Source: Mobula hypostoma (lineage: Eukaryota). From it: DNA of 64,000 bases. Where the stretch lies: the NCBI RefSeq assembly GCF_963921235.1, contig NC_086097.1:90584001-90648000 (forward strand), read 5' to 3'. Numbering within the stretch: the first letter of the stretch is position 1; the number at the start of each line of letters is the position of its first letter. The notes under the pieces were generated by a model that saw only the letters and a program-made list of their open reading frames with translations, was not told the origin of the DNA and ran no database searches. Made by a program: the position numbers and the translations under genes. Shown here piece by piece: positions 12,001 through 23,695 of the stretch.

Positions 12001-15000
12001 ATCCCCCGGCCGAGCTCCAAGAACCCAAGCCTGAAGGATCCCGCGGCCGATCTCCAAGAACCCAAGCCTGGAGGATCCCGCGGCCGAGTTCCAAGAACCC
12101 AAGCCTGGAGGATCCCGCGGCCGAGTTCCAAGAACCCAAGCCTGGAGGATCCCGCGGCCGAGTTCCAAGAACCCAAGCCTGGAGGATCCCGCGGCCGAGT
12201 TCCAAGAACCCAAGCCTGGAGGATCCCGCGGCCGAGTTCCAAGAACCCAAGCCTGGAGGATCCCGCGGCCGATCTCCAAGAACCCAAGCCTGGAGGATCC
12301 CCCGGCCGAGCTCCAAGAACCCAAGCCTGGAGGTTCCCGTGGCCGAGCTCCAAGAACCCAAGCCTGGAGACAAGCCTGAGGACCCGCGCCGAGCCCAAGA
12401 GCCGATCCCGCGGCCGAGCTCCAAGAACCCAAGCCTGGAGGACCCCGCGGCCTGAGCTCCAAGAACCCAAGCCTGGAGGACCCCGCGGCCGAGCTCCAAG
12501 AACCCAAGCCTCGAGGATCCCGCGGCCGAGCTCCAAGAACCCAAGCCTCGAGGATCCCGCAGCCGAGGTCCAAGAGCCCAAGCCTCGAGGATCCCGCAGC
12601 CGAGCTCCAAGAGCCCAAGCCCCGAGGATCCCGCAGCCGAGCTCCAAGAATCCAAACCTCGAGGATCACGCAGCCGAGCTGCAGGCTCGAGACCCAAGGC
12701 TCGAGGACCGTGCAGCCGAGCCCAAGGCCCAAGACCCAAGACTCCCGCACCCAAGCCTCGAGGAGCCCGCAGCCGAGCCCAAGGCCCAGAACCTGCCCCA
12801 AGCTTCGAGGATCCCGCATCCGAGCTCCAAGAACCGAAGCCTCGAGGATCCCGCGGCCGAGCTCCAAGAACCCAAGCCTCGAGGATCCCGCGGCCGAGCT
12901 CCAAGAACCCAAGCCTCGAGGATCCCGCGGCCGAGCTCCAAGAACCCAAGCCTGGAGGATCCCGCGGCCGAGCTCCAAGAACCCAAGCCTCGAGGATCCC
13001 GCGGCCGAGTTCAAAGAACCCAAGCCTCGAGGATCCCCCGGCCGAGCTCCAAGAACCCAAGCCTGAAGGATCCCGCGGCCGATCTCCAAGAACCCAAGCC
13101 TGGAGGATCCCGCGGCCGAGTTCCAAGAACCCAAGCCTGGAGGATCTCGCGGCCGAGTTCCAAGAACCCAAGCCTGGAGGATCCCGCGGCCGAGTTCCAA
13201 GAACCCAAGCCTGGAGGATCCCGCGGCCGATCTCCAAGAACCCAAGCCTGGAGGTTCCCCCGGCCGAGCTCCAAGAACCCAAGCCTCGAGGATCCCGCGG
13301 CCGACTCCAAGAACCCAAGCCTGGAGGACCCGCGGCCGAGCTCCAAGAACCCAAGCCTCGAGGACCCCGCGGCTGAGCTCCAAGAACCCAAGCCTCGAGG
13401 ATCCCGCGGCCGAGCTCCAAGAACCCAAGCCTCGAGGATCCCGCAGCCGAGCTCCAAGAACCCAAGCCTCGAGGATCCCGCGGCCGAGCTCCAAGAACCC
13501 AAGCCTCGAGGATCCCGCGGCCGAGCTCCAAGAACCCAAGCCTCGAGGATCCCGCGGCCGAGCTCCAAGAACCCAAGCCTCGAGGATCTCGCATCCGAGG
13601 TCCAAGAGCCCAAGCCTCTAGGATCCCGCAGCCGAGCTCCAAGAGCGCAAGCCTCGAGGATCTCGCAGTCGAGCTCCAAGAACCGAAGTCTCGAGGAACC
13701 CGCAGCCGAGCTGCAGGCTCAAGACCCAAGGCTCGAGGACCGTGCAGCCGAGCCCAAGGCCCAAGACCCCCCAGCACCCAAGCCTCGAGGATCCCGCAGC
13801 CGAGCTCCAAGAACCCAAGCCTCGAGGATCCTGCATCCGACTCCAAAAACCGAAGCCTCGAGGATCCCGCGGCCGAGCTCCAAGAACCCAAGCCTCGAGG
13901 ATCCCCCGGCCGAGCTCCAAGAACCCAAGCCTCGAGGATCCCGCGGCCGAGCTCCAAGAACCCAAGCCTCGAGGATCCCGCGGCCGAGCTCCAGGAACCC
14001 AAGCCTCGAGGAACCTGCGGCCGAGCTCCAGGAACCCAAGCCTCGAGGATCCCGCGGCCGAGCTCCAAGAACCCAAGCCTCGAGGATCCCGCGGCCGAGC
14101 TCCAAGAACCCAAGCCTCGAGGATCCCGCGGCCGAGCTCCAAGAACCCAAGCCTCGAGGATCCCGCGGCCGAGCTCCAGGAACCCAAGCCTCGAGGATCC
14201 CGCGGCCGAGCTCCAAGAACCCAAGCCTCGAGGATCCCGCGGCCGAGCTCCAGGAACCCAAGCCTCGAGGATCCCGCGGCCGAGCTCCAAGAACCCAAGC
14301 CTCGAGGATCCCGCGGCCGAGCTCCAAGAACCCAAGCCTCGAGGATCCCGCGGCCGAGCTCCAAGAACCCAAGCCTCGAGGATCCCGCGGCCGAGCTCCA
14401 AGAACCCAAGCCTCGAGGATCCCGCGGCCGAGCTCCAAGAACCCAAGCCTCGAGCATCCCGCGGTCGAGCTCCAGGAACCCAAGCCTCGAGGAACCTGCG
14501 GCCGAGCTCCAGGAACCCAAGCCTCGAGGATCCCGCGGCCGAGCTCCAAGAACCCAAGCCTCGAGGATCCCGCGGCCGAGCTCCAAGAACCCAAGCCTCG
14601 AGGATCCCGCAGCCGAGCTCCAAGAACCCAAGCCTCGAGGATCCCGCGGCCGAGCTCCAAGAACCCAAGCCTCGAGGATCCCGCGGCCGAGCTCCAGGAA
14701 CCCAAGCCTCGAGGATCCCGCGGCCGAGCTCCAAGAACCCAAGCCTCGAGGATCCCGCGGCCGAGCTCCAAGAACCCAAGCCTCGAGGATCCCGCGGCCG
14801 AGCTCCAAGAACCCAAGCCTCGAGGATCCCGCAGCCGAGCTCCAAGAACCCAAGCCTCGAGGATCCCGCAGCCGAGCTCCAAGAACCCAAGCCTCGAGGA
14901 TCCCGCGGCCGAGCTCCAAGAACCCAAGCCTCGAGGATCCCGCAGCCGAGCTCCAAGAACCGAAGCCTCGAGGATCCTGCATCCGACTCCAAAAACCGAA

Positions 15001-18000
15001 GCCTCGAGGATCCCGCGGCCGAGCTCCAGGAACCCAAGCCTCGAGGAACCCGCGGCCGAGCTCCAAGAACCCAAGCCTCGAGGATCCCGCGGCCGAGCTC
15101 CAGGAACCCAAGCCTCGAGGAACCCGCGGCCGAGCCCCAGGAACCCAAGCCTCGAGGATCCCGCGGCCGAGCCCCAGGAACCCAAGCCTCGAGGATCCCG
15201 CGGCCGAGCCCCAGGAACCCAAGCCTCGAGGATCCCGCGGCCGAGCCCCAGGAACCCAAGCCTCGAGGATCCCGCGGCCGAGCTCCAAGAACCCAAGCCT
15301 CGAGGATCCCGCAGCCGAGATCCAAGAACCCAAGCCTCTAGGATCCCGCAGCTGAGCTCCAAGAACCCAAGCCTCGAGGATCCCGCATCGAGTTGCAGGC
15401 TCAAGACCCAAGGCTTCAGGACCATGCAGACGATCCCGAGGCCCAAGGCCCAAGACTCCTGTACCCAAGCCTCAAGGACCCCGCAGCCGAGCCCAAGGCC
15501 CAAGACCCCAGCACTGAAGCCACGAGGATCCTGCAGGTGAGCTCCAAGAACCCAAGCCTCGAGGATCCCGCAGCCGAGCTCCAAGAACCCAAGCCTCGAG
15601 GATCCCGCAGCCGAGCTCCAAGAACCCAAGCCTCGAGGATCCCGCAGCCGAGCTCCAAGAACCCAAGCCTGGAGGATCCCGCGGCCGAGCTCCAAGAGCC
15701 CAAGCCTCGAGGATCCTGCAGCCGAGCTGCTAGAATCCAAACCTCGAGGATCCAGCTGCCGAGCTCCAAGAACCCAAGCCTCGAGGATCCCGCAGCCGAG
15801 CTCCAAGAACCCAAGCCTCGAGGATCCCGCGGCCGAGCTCCAAGAACCCAAGCCTCGAGGATCCCGCGGCCGAGCTCCAAGAACCCAAGCCTCGAGGATC
15901 CCGCGGCCGAGATCCAGGAACCCAAGCCTCGAGGATCCTGCGGCCGAGCTCCAGGAACCCAAGCCTCGTGGATCCCGTGGCCGAGCTCCAAGAACCCAAG
16001 CCTCGAGGATCCCGCGGCCGAGCTCCAAGAACCCAAGCCTCGAGGATCCCGCGGCCGAGCTCCAAGAACCCAAGCCTCGAGGATCCCGCAGCCGAGCTCC
16101 AAGAACCCAAGCCTCGAGGATCCCGCGGCCGAGCTCCAAGAACCCAAGCCTCGAGGATCCCGCGGCCGAGCTCCAGGAACCCAAGCCTCGAGGATCCCGC
16201 GGCCGAGCTCCAAGAACCCAAGACTCGAGGAACCCACGGCCGAGCTCCAAGAACCCAAGCCTCGAGGATCCCGCGGCCGAGCTCCAGGAACCCAAGCCTC
16301 GAGGAATCCCGCGGCCGAGCCCCAGGAACCCAAGCCTCGAGGAACCCGCGGCCGAGCTCCAAGAACCCAAGCCTCGAGGATCCCGCGGCCGAGCTCCAGG
16401 AACCCAAGCCTCGAGGATCCCGCGGCCGAGCTCCAAGAACCCAAGCCTCGAGGATCCCGCGGCCGAGCTCCAAGAACCCAAGCCTCGAGGATCCCGCGGC
16501 CGAGCTCCAGGAACCCAAGCCTCGAGGATCCCGCGGCCGAGCTCCAAGAACCCAAGCCTCGAGGATCCCGCAGCCGAGCTCCAAGAACCCAAGCCTCGAG
16601 GATCCTGCATCCGAGCTCCAAGAACCCAAGCCTCGAGGATCCCGCGGCCGAGCTCCAAGAACCCAAGCCTCGAGGATCCCGCGGCCGAGCTCCAAGAACC
16701 CAAGCCTCGAGGAACCCGCGGCCGAGCCCCAGGAACCCAAGCCTCGAGGAACCCGCGGCCGAGCCCCAGGAACCCAAGCCTCGAGGATCCCGCGGCCGAG
16801 CCCCAGGAACCCAAGCCTCGAGGCTCCCGCGGCCGAGCCCCAGGAACCCAAGCCTCGAGGTCCCGCGGCCGAGCCCCAGGAACCCAAGCCTCGAGGAACC
16901 CGCGGCCGAGCTCCAAGAACCCAAGCCTCGAGGATCCCACAGCCGAGATCCAAGAACCCAGGCCTCTAGGATCCCGCAGCTGAGCTCCAAGAACCCAAGC
17001 CTCGAGGATCCCGCATCGAGTTGCAGGCTCAAGACCCAAGGCTTCAGGACCATGCAGACGATCCCGAGGCCCAAGGCCCAAGACTCCTGTACCCAAGCCT
17101 CAAGGACCCCGCAGCCGAGCCCAAGGCCCAAGACCCCAGCACTGAAGCCACGAGGATCCTGCAGGTGAGCTCCAAGAACCCAAGCCTCGAGGATCCCGCA
17201 GCCGAGCTCCAAGAACCCAAGCCTCGAGGAGCCCGCAGCTGAGCTCCAAGAACCCAAGCCTCGAGGATCCCGCAGCCGAGCTCCAAGAACCCAAGCCTCG
17301 AGGATCCCACAGCCGAGCTCCAAGAACCCAAGCCTGGAGGATCCCGCGGCCGAGCTCCAAGAACCCAAGCCTCGAGGATCCCGCAGCCGAGCTCCAAGAA
17401 CCCAAACCTCGAGGATCCCGCAGCCGAGCTCCAAGAACCCAAGCCTCGAGGATCCCGCAGCCGAGCTCAGGGCCCAAGATCCCAGCACCCAAGCCTCGAG
17501 GATCCCGCAGCCGAGCTTCAAGAGCCCAAGCCTCGAGGATCCCGCGGCCGAGCTCCAAGAACCCAAGCCTCGAGGATCCCGCGGCCGAGCTCCAAGAACC
17601 CAAGCCTCGAGGATCCCGCGGCCGAGCTCCAGGAACCCAAGCCTCGAGGATCCCGCGGCCGAGCTCCAGGAACCCAAGCCTCGAGGAACCCGTGGCCGAG
17701 CTCCAGGAACCCAAGCCTCGAGGAACCCGTGGCCGAGTTCCAAGAACCCAAGCCTCGAGGATCCCGCGGCCGAGCTCCAAGAACCCAAGCCTCGAGGATC
17801 CCACAGCCGAGCTCCAAGAACCCAAGCCTCGAGGACCCCGCAGCCGAGCTCCAAGAACCCAAGCCTCGTGGATCCCGCGGCCGAGCTCCAAGAACCCAAG
17901 CCTCGAGGGTCCTGCGGCCGAATTCCAGGAACCCAAGCCTCGCGGATCCCGCAGCCGAGCTCACAGAACCCAAGCCTCGCGGATCCCGCAGCCGAGATCC

Positions 18001-20180
18001 CAGAACCCAAGCCTCGAGGACCCCGTAGCCGAGCCCAAGGGCCAAGACCCCAGCAGCCAAGCCCCGAGGATCCCGCAGCCGAGCTCCAAGAACCCAAGCC
18101 TCGAGGACCCCGCAGCCGAGCCCAAGGCCCAAGACCCCAGCACCCAAGACTTGAGGACCCCGCAGCCGAGCCCAAGGCCCAAGACCCCAGCACCCAAGCC
18201 TCGCGGATCCCGCAGCCGAGCTCACAGAACCCAAGCCTCGCGGATCCCGCAGCCGAGATCCCAGAACCCAAGCCTCACGGATCCCGCAGCCGAGATCCCA
18301 GAACCCAAGCCTCGAGGACCCCGTAGCCAAGCCCAAGGGCCAAGACCCCAGCAGCCAAGCCCCGAGGATCCCGCAGCCGAGCTCCAAGAACCCAAGCCTC
18401 GAGGATCCCGCGGCCGAGCTCCAAGAACCCAAGCCTCGAGGATCCCGCAGCCGAGCTCCAAGAACCCAAGCCTCGAGGATCCCGCAGCCGAGCTCCAAGA
18501 ACCCAAACCTCGAGGATCCCGCAGCCGAGCTCCAAGAACCCAAGCCTCGAGGATCCCACAGCCGAGCTCCAAGAACCCAAGCCTCGAGGATCCCGCAGCC
18601 GAGCTCCCAGAAGCCAAGCCTCGAGGAACCCGCAGCTGAGCTCAAGGCTCAAGACCCAAGGCTCGAGTACCGTGCAGCCGAGCCCAAGGCGCAAGGCCCA
18701 AGACTTCAGCACCCAAGCCTCCAGGACCCCGCAGCCGAGCCCAAAGGCCAAAATCCCAGCACTGAAGCCACGAGTATCCTGCAGGTGAACTCCAAGAACC
18801 CAAGCCTCGAGGATACCGCGGCCAAGTTCCAAGAACCCAAGCCTCGAGGATCCCGCGGCCGAGCTCCAAGAACCCAAGCCTCGAGGATCCCGCGGCCGAG
18901 CTCCAAGAACCCAAGCCTCGAGGATCCCGCGGCCGAGCTCCAAGAACCCAAGCCTCGAGGATCCCGCGGCCGAGCTCCAAGAACCCAAGCCTCGAGGATC
19001 CCGCGGCCGAGCTCCAAGAACCCAAGCCTCGAGGATCCCGCAGCCGAGCTCCAAGAACCCAAGCCTCGAGGATCCCGCAGCCGAGCTCCAAGAACCCAAG
19101 CCTCGAGGATCCCGCAGCCGAGCTCCAAGAACCCAAGCCTCGAGGAACCCGCAGCTGAGCTCAAGGCTCAAGACCCAAGGCTCGAGGACCGTGCAGCCGA
19201 GCCCAAGGCCCAAGACCCAAGACTCCCGCACCCAAGCCTCGAGGAGCCCGCAGCCGAGCCCAAGGGCCAAAATCCCAGCACTGAAGCCACGAGGATCCTG
19301 CAGGTGAACTCCAAGAACCCAAGCCTCGAGGATACCGCGGCCAAGCTCCAAGAACCCAAGCCTCGAGGATTCAGCGGCCGAGCTCCAAGAACCCAAGCCT
19401 CGAGGATCCCGCGGCCGAGCTCCAAGAACCCAAGCCTCGAGGATCCCCCAGCCGAGCTCCAAGAACCCAAGCCTTGAGGATCCCGCAGCCGAGCTCCAAG
19501 AACCGAAATCTCATGGATCCCGCAGCCGAGCTCCAAGAACCCAAGCCTCGAGGACACCGCAGCCGAGCCCAAGTCCCAAGACCCCAGCACCCAAGAGGAC
19601 CCCGCAGCCCAGTCCAAGGCCCAAGACCCCAGCACCCAAGACTCGAGGATCCCACAGCCGAGCACCAAGAGACCAAGCCTCGAGGATCCCACAGCCGAGC
19701 TCCAAGAGCCCAAGCCTCGAGGATCCCGCAGCCGAGTTCCAAGAGCCCATGTCTTGAGGATCCCACAGCTGAGCTCCAAGAGCCCAAGCCTCGAGAATCC
19801 CGCAGCCGAGCTCCAATAACTCAAGCCTCGAGGCTCCCACAGCCGAGCTGCTAGAATCCAAGCCTTGAGGACCCCACAGCCAAACTCAAGGCCCCAGACC
19901 CGAGCACCCAAGCATCGAGGATTCCGCAGCCGAGCTCCAAGAACCCAAGCCTCTAGGATCCCGTAGCCCAGTTCCAGGAGCCCAAGCCTTGAGTATCCCA
20001 CGGCTGAGCTCAAGGCCCAAGGCACCAGCATCCGAGCCTCGAGGATCCCGCGGCCGAGCCCAGGGCCCAAGGTCCCCGCGCCCGAGCCTCGAGGACCCTG
20101 CGGCCGAACCCAGGGCCCAAGGCCCCCGCGCCCGAGCCTCGAGGACCCCACGGCTGAGCCCAGGGCCCAAGATCCCTAGC
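1..20180. repeat. Tandem satellite/minisatellite array, 37-bp consensus monomer with 42- and 50-bp variants and higher-order organisation; continues beyond the left edge
   Basis: Hundreds of head-to-tail copies of GAGCTCCAAGAACCCAAGCCTCGAGGATCCCGC(G/A)GCC (25/37 GC). Diverged landmark blocks recur, e.g. GATCCGATGTC at 1599, 4682, 7813, 9571, 11562. Monomers degenerate toward ~20180. Confidence 0.98.
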
Positions 20181-20583
20181 CTCAAGCCATGTCATGTCCT
20201 TGCCTGGTTCTGGGGTCCGAGCCCGAGGCAAGACCCAGGTTCTCTGTCTTTGTACAGTCTCGGGCTCGGTGTCTGAGCCTTGTCTTGCCTCCAAGCTCAG
20301 GCCTCTAGACCCCAGCCATGTCCTGTCCTGAAGCCATGTCATGTCCTTGCCTGGTTTCTGATCCCGAGGCAAGACCCAGGTTCTGGGTCCTTCTCCAGTC
20401 TCGGGCTCAGAGTCCAAGCCTTGTCTGCTAGTCCTGGTCCTGCTTTCCCTAGCCCAAGTCTGCATTCTTGTTCCTGCTCCTTGCATGAATCCTGTCACGT
20501 CCCTACTCTAGTCAAGTCCTGTTCCTTGTACTTCAGTGTTGTGTGTTGCATTTGGGTCCATTCCCAGACTCCTCTTTGTGACA
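20181..20583 (+). mobile_element. Probable 3' portion of a Gypsy-type LTR contiguous with the array
   Basis: Two diverged ~150-bp copies of AAGCCATGTCATGTCCTTGCCTGG…CCCGAGGCAAGACCCAGGTTCT (~20184, ~20331) retain monomer-like words. The segment ends …TTGCATTTGGGTCC…TGTGACA, resembling fish Gypsy LTR ends. The 5' end is not visible. Confidence 0.55.
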
Positions 20584-20763
20584 GAAACTGATGAGAGACG
20601 GAGTACTCAGTAATACAGGGGCTGGAGTAGAGCAGGAGCGGGGACAGGAGCACATGGCAATACAAAACCACAGACTGACAGCTAGGGGGAAACACAAAAA
20701 GACAGAGTTCAACTGGAGGTGCTGACAGATATTCACCATTAGGAGACAGTGGTATGTAATATA

Positions 20764-22355
20764 TGTCAGGAAATGTTGAGGAGGCTTGACCCCAACCAAT
20801 GAGCAATGGAGACAATTTAGTGGTTTATTAATAAACTGCAAAATAATAAGCCACAAGGAGCCACAAAACAAGAGAGAATGGATATTTAACATGACATGAT
20901 GACAAAGTAACTGAAGGCTATGGGTAACTGGTTGAGGCTGGCTGGTTTTAAGGAGTACACAAAGACTGTGTATGTAAGCTGGGTTTAAATAGGTTGCAGG
21001 TATGATTTGGAAACAAGTGGCAAGTGACTCCTGTTAGCTGGGTGGAGACCAGGAGCTGACTGCCTGTGCAGGCCTGACAGGAACCCCCTCACCCCCTCCT
21101 ATGGCTGGCAGCTGATGGTCCAGGGTCTTTTCGATGAATGATGGATTCAAGATGAAACTGGACAGAGCCCAATACCTCTCCTCTGGGATGTACCCTTCCC
21201 AGTCGACCAGATACTGCACAGCCCATCCAGAATGACATCAATCGGTGAAATGTATACGCTGGACCACTTCCACCAGCTGTGGTTCTGGAGGTATAGGCTC
21301 AGGTGGGTTGAGTGGTCCATGGACATTGGGCTAGAGGCAGGTATGACCCTGAAGGACAGTGGCACCTGGAGGTGGTACGTTACACTATGATGTGATGGGT
21401 AATCTTAAAGGGACCGATGAACCAGAGTGAGTACTTGCAAGAATCAATATGCAGGGGTAGATCTCGGGTAGACAGCCAGACACGATCTCCAGGCCAGAGT
21501 AGCCTGGCTGGCTGCTGATGATGGTTAGCCTGGCAGCAGTACGTGCGGTTGGCAGATGGGATGGCCCTCTGTGCCCTCTTCTAAGCATGAACAGGATCTC
21601 CACCACTTTCTCCTCCGTGGGGAACAATGGGGGCTGGCAGCCATGAAGCACTTCAAAGGGTGACATACCTGCGTCAGAGGCGGTGCGCAGATTGTTTTAT
21701 TTTCCCAGTAAGTGGCAGCCCAGTCAAGAGAGAAATTCCGAAAACCATTTTGGCTCAGTCTGTAACTTACACGGATGGCTGGAGCTTGAAGTGTAAGACG
21801 CATTGGGACAGGAAGTTGGGGCATCAGGTTGGGGATCTGTTGAGGTGTTCAGACACCGGAATCCAGGGCTCCAAAGGAGGATTTTGACTGGTGCAGGGTT
21901 GCTGTATCAAGATGGAGAGTTGGTTGAGAGTGGTGAGCAGATGGTCAGTGGTTTCCTGCTGCTTTGGGATTGTGTGCTCCCCATCGATGGGCAATTTCCT
22001 TTAGGCCAGCGTACTCTGCTGGGTCGATTATCTGTTCACTCCTCCCGTCAGGAAATGTAGAGGAGGCTTGACTCAAAAGCAGAGCAGTGGAGGTAATTTA
22101 GCTGTAAATGATATTTTACTAATAAACTGCAAAATAACAAGCCAGGAGTGGCCACAAAACAAGAGAAAAGATACTTAACACGACAAGGCAACAAGGTAAC
22201 TAAAGGCTCGGAACAACTGGTTAAGGCTGGTTGGTTCAAATGAGTGAGTGAGGACTGTGGATGAGAGCTGGGTTTACATAGGCTGCATTTGATGATTTGG
22301 AAATGAGTGTTAGCAGGGAAGAGAACTGGAGGTGCCTGCTTGTGCAGGTCTGACA
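20764..22355 (-). mobile_element. Internally deleted chromodomain-bearing Ty3/Gypsy (chromovirus, Sushi-like) with both LTRs
   Basis: Homologous LTRs at 20764-21079 (TGTCAGG…CTGACA) and 22046-22355. Purine tract next to the 3' LTR on the minus strand. Chromodomain [16 protein letters not shown] (~21170-21219), integrase SPFEVLHGCQPPLFP (~21620-21666), gag remnants IDPAE…NFLSQCVLHFKLQPS (~21770-22030). Flanks ATATA/ATGTA resemble a 5-bp TSD. Confidence 0.88.
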
Positions 22356-23358
22356 ATGTACGCCAGTGTAAACATTATTCACAGGCACACTATTGACAGG
22401 TAATCTACACTGGTTAATATTCTCTACCGAGTGAAACTTAACTTTTGGTCAAGATGGTGCCTGTGTACAATGCTCCTTTGGATCAATATCTTCTGGCTAG
22501 ATCATAGAACCATCTTTTTCACTTCTTTTAAGTTTTTTACGTTTGTTTCCCATCTAGGATGTGACTTTGGAACTGTTGGAGACTGTTTTTCTGTTTGGAG
22601 ATTGTCTGGGTACTTCAGTGGTCTGCAGACATAAGCCTATCTGCAAAAGGAGATTGGGGAGTCAAGCAGGAAGTTCCTCACAATCAACACTCATAAGGGA
22701 CTGTTCCAGTATAATTGTCTCGTCTTTGGCGTCGCATTGGCTCCAGCAGTTTGGCAAACACTAATGGACCAAGTGCTCCAGGATATCCCAGGAACACAGT
22801 GTTACCTTGATGACATCATCGTGACTGGCAAAAATGATGAAGAGCACCTCCAGAACCTTGGTAATGTGCTTACAGGCTGAGTGAGTACGGTCTGTGTGCA
22901 AATAGAGAAATGTGAATGAAAAATGAAATCCCATATTGTGGACATGTCATTGACAACATGGCTGCATAAGTTGTAAGAGAAGATTGAAGCAGTGCTACAG
23001 GCACCCAAACCAGAGAATGTGTCACAATTTGGGCCATACATGGGCCTTGTAAACTATTACCACCAGTTTCTCCCAAACATTGCTAAAATGTTACACCCAT
23101 TGAACACACTGATACAGACAGGAGCAAACTGGGAACGGTCAGAAAGATGTAAAAAAAGCATTCAAGGAAACAAAGAGACTGTTACATACCTCATGGGTAC
23201 CTTGTGACTGTCTTATGGCCGTGCTGTAATTGAGAATCTGATGAGCATGATGCAATGGTCTTGTGGAGGTCACATGATGTAATTTTCCTGCCAATGTGAG
23301 GTCACATGATGACATGTTCTCACCAGGTATATAAAGGGAGACCCCTGGTGCGATGCAG

Positions 23359-23695
23359 GAAGTGTGGGATACAGAGAGAGATGATGATAATCAATCTAAG
23401 GGAATTGGGGGTGCAGGAATTCACATTAAAAGGGTTGCTGGGCATGGGTGAGAAAGCACAGGTCAGGGTATTTTTAGGGGTACAGGGTTTTTTTAATAGG
23501 ATATGATGAATAAGCAGGAATAGGGTACTAGGATGGCCAAAGATGGGAAGATAAAATGTAGGTTAGGATATATATGTGTGTATGATTGAGTGAAGGAATT
23601 TGGAATGTAAGTCTATTGCACACTCCGAAGCAGAAGGTGGCGGTAATGCACCATTAAGCTGGGTGCCAACCACCGTAAAACAAGAAGAGGAAGAA
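23359..23695 (+). mobile_element. 3' fragment of an I/Nimb-clade-like LINE with (AAG)n tail; the tail resumes at 26718-26725
   Basis: ORF2-like C-terminus (CRK..IQREMM…LGVQEFTLKGLL…GFFNRI*), 3' UTR and AAGAAG tail. Candidate TSD GCGATGCAG (23350-23358) / GTGACGCAG (26726-26734). Clade assigned from recalled similarity. Confidence 0.65.

Noticed and set aside
61..17900. Cloning-vector polylinker concatemer or synthetic contamination
   Set aside because: Natural-looking divergence gradient, higher-order variants, seamless transition into genomic repeat sequence, and no vector backbone.
1558..18271. Giant protein-coding genes (ORFs up to 1262 aa)
   Set aside because: ORFs overlap in all six frames, mostly start at non-ATG codons, have a period not divisible by 3, and follow directly from a stop-free monomer.
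1..20180. CRISPR array (37-bp partly palindromic repeats)
   Set aside because: Units are head-to-tail with no unique spacers, there are no cas genes, and the context is vertebrate transposons.
20584..20727. Primer-binding site or internal region following the putative LTR
   Set aside because: No tRNA-complementary TGG motif or gag start is visible. It may be a separate reverse-oriented LTR remnant, but that is unsupported.
21034..21219. Host chromobox gene exon
   Set aside because: It sits between integrase and the PPT/LTR of a Gypsy element.
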